Shown: positions 27,349 through 37,800 of the stretch, piece by piece | Layout: each line of letters begins with the position of its first letter | How positions within the stretch are numbered: position 1 is the first letter of the stretch | NCBI RefSeq assembly: GCF_037042905.1 | Contig: NC_087246.1 | Coordinates: forward strand, 68,200,001-68,264,000 | Direction: 5' to 3' | DNA: 64,000 bases | Source: Lytechinus pictus | Lineage: Eukaryota | Notes under the pieces: generated by a model | What the model was told of the DNA's origin: nothing | What the model saw: only the letters and a program-made list of their open reading frames with translations | Database searches by the model: none | Position numbers and translations under genes: made by a program

Positions 27349-28807
27349 CACATGATGCACATTTATACCAAACAGGTAATGATTTGGTGTTCAAGCAAAA
27401 ACTCACAATACTTACAGAAGATATTATGCATTTGCATGTCAGGGGACTTTTAATGAGCTCTGAGCTCCTTGGAAATACAGAATTACCAACAAGGATAACA
27501 CACATAATGGAATTTAAATTCAGGTAATTACAAAATACAAAATTGTGCCAAATTCACATTTGCAATATTGAAATTTACTTGTACATTAATGACAATTTCT
27601 GTTTATCACTCAATTATTCTCTTGTTGAGCCAAGAAAAATAAATGAATAGCATTGCATATTTCAAATGCATATTGCAATAGTATTGAATTCTTTGATGAT
27701 CTCTACCCATCACCACCAAAAGAAAGGATAACTGACATATCTAACATTCAAAAAGACAAAACTACATAAGAAATAAAGCATTCCAAAAACATGTCCTAAA
27801 TATTCTAGAGAAAAAAAAGAGGAAAAAACAGTAATTTTTGTATTGAAATCCCATCATGGAAAGCAGAATTTACAAGACAATAAGAGAACAAGGTTTTATG
27901 TCCAAGGTTCCTTATCATAGCTCTATTATGTACAATCAGTGATGACACATTAAGATTTTAATGTGAAGTTTGGGAAAATTGTAAGAGAAAGTCATGATTT
28001 CAACACTGAAATATTACTGCATATGACCATCATGGTTCCTTCATTGCTTCTCTGAAAGCAAGTCAATGCATAAGGGTAGACATATGCACATCTGAGTCCA
28101 CACACTTAATTACAAAATGACACAATAAAACATACAACACGTATGAACAGCTTTGTATTCTCATATTTTACAAAAACAGTTGGATTAAGTCATTTAGCAA
28201 GATGTTCAAACCTTCAAATACTATTATTACTTGTGATGATCCAGTTTGATCAATCTTGTAGGATTCTAATATGTGTGGAATGCTACTTTGATAGCCAGAA
28301 TTCACAAAGGAGGTCCCCACATTGCTAAGCATACTGAAATAGGGATAATGCAAGCTCATATTGCCCAAGCTTACAGGATACCTGTAAGTAGACCAAGGGA
28401 GCATAAATGTATCATGAAAGGGCATGTTGAATTTACTAAAGTTACTAAAGTAACAGTAAGACAATTATGATTCTGAGCCAAAAAACAATGGGGGGGGGGG
28501 GAGCGTGAATTACATGAAAGTTATCATCAATGGCTAAATTATCAGCTGTGACAATTTCAGCTAAATCATTGGTTCTGATTGGCAGAGAAGCACTGGTTTC
28601 TGCCTGTTAGTATAGTAACCGTTAGGAACTATTAGGAACTGTCAGAGAATGACTTTTCAGTGCTGACAAGCTTCATGAAATGGTGCCTATGTTCTAAAAT
28701 GAACCTCCTTTATGAATTTGATTTGATGGGTTCATGCGAGTATCTGGCAATTATTCAATAGTTGTCTAAGGTTTTTCTAATTTGGAATCTACATTATTGA
28801 TTATTGT

Positions 28808-28878
28808 TTACTCATCTCCTGATCCTGTTGATCTCTTTGTGCGCCTCCTTGGAGATCTGCGTGGTGATGGTGTTTTTT
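28808..28878 (-). CDS. SSR1: SSR1 exon 9 coding part (stop TAA)
   Basis: KTPSPRRSPRRRTKRSTGSGDE*; strong polypyrimidine acceptor. Confidence 0.92.
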
Positions 28879-31800
28879 CTGTAAAAAAAAGGAAAAAAAT
28901 AATAAATAAAAATTACCAAAAGATTGGCGATCCCACATGATACTTCATATGTATGTATATATCAAAATACCTTGAATAAAAGGAAGCGTAAACATATGTA
29001 AACAAAGAATCATGCCATGATACTCTGTACATTCACAATGTACGTCTAATTTTTATAAAAATAATTTTTGTTCTGTGAAAATGGCAAAATTTTCTGATAA
29101 TTCTGTTACCATGTTGAACTAAAATATCATGGGAATGTAAGTAGATGTAATGTGATGTTCATCATGAATGTAAGAAGAAAACTGTTGGACTGAAGATACC
29201 AATAGAATTTTCCTCACATCAAATGATGACAGGAAAGGTAAGATTCAAAAGAAAGCTAAGTGTCCTGCATGTAGCTAAAATCAATCAAAATCAAACTAAG
29301 ATGAAAGGTGTGTATGAATAACTGTCTCTGAGACGCATTTAGCTTATGCCCAGTATTTCCCGTATTCAAAAAGTATGTTGGCTGTGTTGACTACCTCCTG
29401 CTGTGTGTAACTCCTATGCACACACTAATATTAGCTACACTGTACATTCAGGGTACATTGTACACACTATACTAGGTTCATCCAGAGTTGATGTATTGTA
29501 TTACAGATTCACTCTATAACGGTAGTCAATGGAACCAACCATCATTCCTTTTCAAACTTTGGTTTACATCTCTAAAGTTTTAAAATAGTTCCTGTACATA
29601 TACTATGAAAATTTCGCACTGGTATTTTTACACTATAAGCCTTACATTCAGCCCATGTCCAAGAACCAAATGATAATTTTTTTAAATGAGTTTAATGAAC
29701 ACTTTATCGCAAGGCGATTCCAAAAAATAATCAACATAACCCCATTTTCCTCCATTATTACTTTATTCCGTTAACTGCTCAAGATAAAATATCATAAGGA
29801 GCATTAACACTTTTCACATGAAAAAGAAAACAAGAGAAATACCCTCTCAGCATGGTCCCACTTATCCAGGGTGAGATATGCATATTTTATGGAATTGCCC
29901 TGCTTTCTTGGACCTCTCAACATGTTAGACATAATTTTACAACACAGGTATCTTACTTGTAACTGCAATATTTTCTTTTGGAATCCAGTCATAATCTACA
30001 TCTGTGTGGTTAGAGGTTCCAGTTTCAACAACTTGTTTTGATGGCTTCTTCTTTTTCTATGGAGAGAAATGTGAAATTTGATGTTTAAAAAAACGTAACC
30101 TAGAAAGGGAATTAATGCAGAAATAAACAATAACAGATTCAAGTTTAAGTATCTTATCACAAATCCTTTATTCTACCAAAACATTCCTCTGTATTATAAA
30201 ATTAAAAGAATGTGATGTCTAGGTATTGTCCAGGGAATACCAAGTGTGATCACAATTGATGCTGAAGAAAAGAAACAAGTGGAATGCCTCTGGCCGTCTC
30301 ACCTGCATCACGCGATTCAATATAGCAGCAGTGCTGATTTTGAAAACTACTATAACTCGCACAAGATGTTCAGTGATACTTGGTTACTCTTATTTCCACG
30401 TTTTATGAACTAGACCAATACACTTATAGAGATATGATGGCAATTCAACAAATACCCCCAACGTGGCCAAAGTTCTTTGACCTTACATGACCTTTGACCT
30501 TGATCATGTGACCTGAAACTCGCACAGGATGTTCAGTGATACTTGATTACTATTATGTCCAAGTTTTATGAACTAGACCAACACACTTTCAAATTTATGG
30601 CTGTAATTCAACAAATACCCCAATTTGGCCAAAGTTCATTGACCCTAAATGACCTTTGACCTTGATCATGTGACCGGAAACTTGCACAGGATGTTCAGTA
30701 ATACTTGATTACTATTATGTCCAAGTTTCATGAATCAGATCCATAAACTTTCAAAGTTATGATGGTAATTCAGCAGATACCCCCAATTCGGCCAAAGTTC
30801 ATTGACCCTAAATGACCTTTGACCTTGGTCATGTGACGTGAAACTCATGCAGGATGTTCAGTGATACTTGATTAACCTTATGTATAAGTTTCATGAACTA
30901 GGTCCATATATTTTCTAAGTTATGATGACATTTCAAAAACTTAACCTTAGGTTAAGATTTTGATGTTGATTCCCCCAACATGGTCTAAGTTCATTGACCC
31001 TAAATGACCTTTGACCTTGGTCATGTGACATGAAACTCAGGCAGGATGTTCAGTAATACTTGATTAACCTTATGGCCAAGTTTCATGAACTAGGTCCATA
31101 TACTTTCTAAGTTATGCTGTCATTTCAAAAACTTAACCTCAGGTTAAGATTTGGTGTTGACGCCGCCATCGCCGCCGTCGGAAAAGCGGCGCCTATAGTC
31201 TCACTCTGCTATGCAGGTGAGACAATGAGAGCAAGTTAACAAAAACTTCAAAATAAGATGAACATGACCTCATATCATTTGACCTTTGACCCCATCATTC
31301 TTATAAGGTCAGATGTAGTATTATGCAAGAATCATATGCACAAAGTATAAACTTCACTGAATTACTGATGCAGAAATAAAGAAATGATACCAAGTTGAAA
31401 AAAATTGACCTTTTGACCCTTAGATGACCTTTGACCCCACCTTCCTCAACAACACACATGTGGTATTACCTAAAGATCATTTTAAATACGTGTGATTATA
31501 ATTGATGCAGAAATAAAGAAATGAGAGGAGGTTAACAAAAACTTCAAGAATGGAAGAACATAACCTTATATAATTTGATCTTTTGACCCCTAAATGACCT
31601 TTGACCCCATCATCCTCATGGGTTCACATGTGGTATAACCCAAGGATCATATGTACCAAGTATGAACTTCATTGTTGTAGAAATAAAGAAATGGGAGGAA
31701 GTTGAACAAAAACTAACATTTTTTACCAGACCAATGGACTAACAGGAAAAGTGATTACTAGGTCTCTGCCGAACTTCATTCAGGCGAGACAAAAAAGGTC

Positions 31801-34800
31801 AAAATATACCACTCACTAGAGGTTCATGTGGCATGTGCGGTGATACATGCCGTAATACATGGCGTGTCACCTGCTGACTAGGGGGAAGCTATTGGTAAAT
31901 CTTACTTCAAACAAAGCAGTGATTTTGGAGATAAAACAGACACTAAACATATTGTTTGTAAACTAAGGTAGGTCTAAAAGAAGCTAAACAAGTTCAGCTG
32001 GGCGAGCTATAAGCTGGGCAAAGATGCCACTAGGGCTCGAATCATGGGATTTTGTTAATGAGGTCGATATGAGCAAATAATTCAGGGTATGGGTCACAAT
32101 TCTCCCCCCCCCCCAAAAAAAAAAAAATAATAATAATAATAATAATTCAGGGTTCAAAGGGTTAATCATTGCTTAGTGGCAGAAATGTAGAACAGGTCCT
32201 GAAATTTTAGTAATATGAACAACGATCTCTTTTTTTTTTAAACTTACCCCAAAGGATGCCATGATTTGTTGTATTACAACAAAAGCTAGAACAATCAATG
32301 CTGCTAGGAACACATACAGGAAAAATCTGTAATGAAAAATAATCAAATAACGATTACAACTCAATTTTTTTTTTTTTTTAACATTAATACTTGATATTCA
32401 TATGAAATACAAAGAACTTTGAGACGCCTCCCTGGTATTAAATCATAGGAGATAATATACAAACAAATAACTAGGAAGTAGAAGTATTGGTCTGTGTGAT
32501 CAGGATATAGAATAGGTAGGTTTTCAAGTTAGGTTTGAAATACAGAATAATCATATATTGACTGGCTTTGAGGAAGATACCACATATTTCCTGAAGTAAT
32601 TGATGTCTTGATGAGAGCAATATGGGTCTACTGAGGAAAGTATAATCTGGAATCTCCCGAAAATTAAAGCCATTCGATAGTATCATTACCTACATGCCTA
32701 CAGTTGTATGGTGTGTATGTCTGTTGGTACTTCTGAATTCATTAACTTTATGAAGTAATCCTAGCCTTGACTAATTGTGACATGAGTGTATACAGCGCAG
32801 GCGCGCACATACACAAGACTTGCGCTTGGGTTTAATGAAATGGGTACACATACATATATTATGGACCGATAATTTACTACAAAGACGCAAAATGACAAAT
32901 TCGAAGAGTAGTGGTGTATGAATATTATGGTCCCCGTCATACAGCTGAATCCTGGCTGGGCCATTGTGACGTATATTGGGTTGAGTTTATCAATCAGACA
33001 GACAAAATATATGTTTTATATCTTGTCTCCAAAATGCCTCATTCAGATGAAAAAAAACAATCAAGGATATGGTATGTATGTGGCATATCTGAACATACTC
33101 CTTGAAAATATGTCATCTTATCTAGAAAAAATAACTTTACCTCCAAAGTTAACAAAAAAATATCAGGTAAAGAAATTTTCTTTATATAATTTTGGTCATC
33201 TGTCAAAATATTTGCAGCATGAAAATGCTTATCGCTAGTTGTCATGCACTGAATCTTCACTAAACAACAAAATCTTCACTTTGTGATATAAAATGAGAAT
33301 GAAAATTATATGATTTCCTATCTTGAATAAAAACCACAAGAATGGAAGTCATGCCAGAATTTTTTTTTTCAAGACTCCACGGTGTCTTCTCAGTTGAGTT
33401 CCAATAATCTCACTGGCAACTTAACAGAGATATCAATCAATTTGAAAAAAGAAAACTAAGAAAAAGTATGAAATGCTGATCCTACTTGCATAGGTTTAAT
33501 TTCAATAAAATAACAATTGAATTTGATTTTTAACATTGGAAGTCTAAAACAAAAATATTGAACGCATAAGGAGAAATTACTTACGTTTCTGTGTCTAGAC
33601 CTTCATCTAATTCAATAAGAGAAACTGTGTCATTGAAAACAGCATCTGAAAAAAGGTTTCCTTCCTGCATTGATAAAAAAGATGACCAGTATATTAAAGG
33701 TCAAGTCCACCTCAGAAAAATGTTGATTTAAATCAGACAAGCATAATGCTGAAAATTTCATTAAAATCGGATGTAAAATAAGAAAGTTATGCATATAACT
33801 ATTTTGTGAAATTAAACGAAACTTAAAAATTTCATAACTCATAGTTCACTTCACACCAATCAACTTTATAGTTCAAATTATAATCCATTTTGTAACTTGC
33901 TTTGTAGCAAAAATACAATTTTTTTTAAAGCCCTCTCACATGAAATAAAAACTATCATGTACAAAGGTGTTCTCAGACTCTGGTTATCTGAAATCATACT
34001 TTCCCTATCTTGCCACAAAGAAGGGGCTTGTCACAGACTGGACAATGATGGATGCCTACAATAACTAATCTCCACAGAAGTACTCTATGTTTATCAGTAA
34101 GAGCAAGCAGAACCATCATGTCCATTAATGTCTAATGACTAAAGCTCAGGGATGGACTCTAAACCTAGTACAATGAATGAAGACAGCATGAAAAACTCAA
34201 TGCTAGTCAACATTAATAGTAAAGGACAGAGACAAACACTCCTTCATTGAAGTCAAGAGAGGGATAGTTCAGACCAAATGCCTTCCAGCTTAACATCATC
34301 GAACAGGCAACTCGATCACTTTCACATCATATTATAATTGGCTTTTATTATATTTCACACTTTGGGTATGTCGAGTATGGGAAAGGGTGCTGTATGATGT
34401 TACGCAACACCTTTTCTGTATCAAACAAGGAAACGGATGATTGAGAATCAACAATGTTTAATTGAAACTTACTGAATCTTTGTATGCGAGCTCAACAACG
34501 AATCCAAACTGACGTGCAGCAAAGACCTCTCCTGCTTGGAATGAATATTCAAATGTTGCTTCTTTGTTGGGTTCTACTACTGTGTTGTATTCTTTCTCTG
34601 TGAACTAGTAAGCAAAATAAAAAGAAAGATATGAAGCATCGTTTCCTGAATATCATTCATTCATTTCCACCTGACATTATATGGCCAGATGGATTTCTAG
34701 AGAAGAAACCTCTTTAAAAAAATGTAAGAATAAAGATCAAAACAAATGTAAATGAGGGAAAAAGCAATAGAATATTAACTTACAAATACAGACTCTGTTT

Positions 34801-37800
34801 AAACCACAGTAATCTGTTGGAATTGGGAGAAATTTGACTTTAAAACAAAGAATAACATGTGTCTTTCATAATCTAGCCTCAAAATTTACTTTGACTCATA
34901 GAAGGTCGACTTATGCAGTGTTAATCATAGAAAAAATACTTAAATATCAATGTGTATAGGAAAATAAATGAAATATTTTGCATGGTCTAAAGTGTTACAT
35001 TATACAAATAAAAATAATGTGTTTTGAATAAGGATAAAAATCTGTATACATTTTCTGCATTAGCAGTTGTACAGAAAAATGTTTTTGACTGCTTCTTCTT
35101 CTTTATTGTATAGGCAATACAATAAAGCTTAAAGGAAAATGAAACTCTTGGAGCAAGTTAGCTTTTGTGAAAGCAGAAAAATCAAAGAATAAGATCAACA
35201 AAAGTTTGAGTAAAATAGGACTAGCAATAGAAGAGTTATGAGCATTTGAATGTCTAGATCACTAATACTATGGAAATCCTCCAATTGGCAACGCAACCAA
35301 GATCTATGATATCACAGATGAACAACTCTCCCCTTTTGGACACTGAAAATATACCCCAAAACATCTCTTTTTGCTCATTCTAATCATATGACAAACGATT
35401 CATCAATGATATAATGTTGTGAAACATCTGTACTTGTCCTCTCATAAAGAAAACACCTCACCTTGTGATAGATTCTATAAAAGTGAGAATATAAGTGAAA
35501 TAAGTACTAAAGCAATGAGGGAGTTGTACGTGTGTGACATCACAGATCTTGGTCGCATTGCCAATGGGAGGATCTACATGGCATTAGTGATCTCAATATT
35601 CAAATGCTCATAACTTTCTTATTATTCATTCAATCTTCCTCAAACTTTCAACAATATGTTTCTTTGATTTTTCTCTTTGATATGGATTCAGCTGGTTTTA
35701 AGGGTTTCATTCTCCTTTAATTCTGCAATTTACTTTGATGAAACTTACATTGTACATGTAAAATGAGAAGTCCTGTGGATACCGTAGAGATGCATGTAGA
35801 CTGTCAATTGTGAAATCAAGTTGGCCATTGTTTGTAAATCCAACCAAGACTTGTAATGGGATAGTCACTGGGATTTCTACAGAGATACAGAAAGATATTT
35901 TATGATTGCAAGTAATAGATGGTAAATCATGTAACAAACGATTTGCATCCCTATGTATGTAATCAACAAAATTTGAAGGTCTCCGTCCTCTGGTTTTATG
36001 AGGGAGACACAACAAAAGTACATCAGAAATAACTTCCTTCTCACTACGGAAACAGAGACCAGCAAATCTCATAGTACATTTAATTACAGTGAAGAAATTT
36101 CATATAACGAAACAATGTAATGCACATGAATTTTGACATACTAGTACCGTGTTTACACTTAATCGGCATTTGAATCGGCTCGCGGTTCTGAACCGCGAGC
36201 CGATTCAGCATCGGCTTTTTCATAGCGTGTAAACGCAAGCAACTTGAATCGGCTCGCGGTTCAGAACCGGCAATTTGCACCACCAAAGTAGTAGGTTCTG
36301 AACCGCGAGCCGATGCAGAATCGGCTTTTTTACTACGTGTAAACAGAAAGCCAATTCTGCACTGGCAATTTGTGCGCATTTCAATTACTTTACCATTGTG
36401 ACGTAATTGTAAGCGCACTGATCCAGCGTTGTCTTTATTATGACGTATATTGTAGGTATGCGTATCATTTCAGGTTTTTGCATCGGCTCGCGGTTCTGAA
36501 CCGCGAGCTGTAACAACGTGTAAACGCAATCCAAATGCCGATTCTGCATCGGCATTTGGTTCAGAACCAATTGCCGATTAAGTGTAAACACGGTATTAGA
36601 CACCCACATTTTGTGGTATTACCGGCATGCAAATGAGTGTTAACACCGAGCACAGTGATATAGAAATACGTATCACGATCCAAAGTATATATCTTAAAAG
36701 ATTTGGGGAGCATTATTGTAGTCACATATTTTTTTTGTAAAACCTGGTAAAAATATATTTTGGCTATTACTAGAGTTTTGAAAAAGCAGTAGATTCTACT
36801 GTAAGGAGAGTAAAAAAAGTGGAAAGTGGTGAGAATGCTTGAAAAGCAGTAGACTACCACCAAAGGTGGTAGAGTTGGCAGCTATGGGTTTTTCCATTTC
36901 CCCCATGTTAAAGGGATGGTCCAGGCGGGAAATATTTATATCTCAATAAAGAGAGTAAAATTCACAGCGCAAAATGCTGAAAATTTGATCAAAATCGGAT
37001 AACAAATAACAAAGTTATTGCATTTTAAAGATTTGCATTATTCTGGTGAAACAGTTCTAGGCACGTCGTTATGGATATTCATTAGGTGGGCTGATGATGT
37101 CATATCCCCACTTGTTCTTTTGTATATTTTTATATGAAATTAGGTTTATTCAAATATTTTCTACCAAGAACTAAAACAATTGGACTGACAATTGATTGAG
37201 TACATTAGTTATTTATTGCTGCAACTTATTTCATTATGATGGAGACACATCATTTACACATGTATGAAAAAATTAAACATTTATGATTTCATGTAATAAC
37301 ATAAGAAAAAGGAAAGTGGAGATGTGACATCATCAGCCCACCTAATGAATATTCATGACGATGTGCATATAACTGTTTTTAAAAAATATTGATAAACTTT
37401 AAAATTCAATAACTTCATTATTTTTTATTCAATTTGATGAAACTTTCAGCATTTTGCTCTGTGAATTTTACTCTATTTATTTAGATATAAATATTTTCAG
37501 CCCGGACCATCCCTTCAATACTCTAGATGAAGAGTCAAAGAGAAGGATCAAAATCTTACCTTTCTCTGAATTTGTAGTGAAAAGAAAGGTTGTGTCAGCA
37601 TCTGGTGATGCCTTCAGTGGGGGCTCTTCCTCTTCATCCTCCTCCTCTTCCCCTTCTCCTGCTTCTACTGCTGTCCCTTCTTCTTCTACATCTTCTTCTG
37701 TCTCAACCTAATATAGTAAAGATAGTAGCCTTATTATATAAGGGAGTACTGTCAGTCAATATTTTTTTCAAGACATAAAATAATGTTTACCTTGACAGCC

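Noticed and set aside
29330-29370. RNase MRP/P CR-V-like word AATACTGGGCATA
   Set aside because: No matching CR-I/P4 partner strand found.
34146-34290. Complementarity to tRNA-Gln (GGTTTAGAGTCCA) and tRNA-Gly (TGGAAGGCA) anticodon arms
   Set aside because: Short, wobble-dependent or out of D+5 register for known modified sites; cannot be distinguished from chance without a search.
33968-34305. Identity of the duplicated RNA as U85-type C/D-H/ACA scaRNA, telomerase RNA or a MITE
   Set aside because: No H box/ACA architecture, no U5-loop guide, no telomeric template, no long TIR or TSD.
36015-36055. U5 snRNA-like TTTCCGTAGTGAGAAGGAA
   Set aside because: Lacks the invariant loop I GCCUUUUAC.
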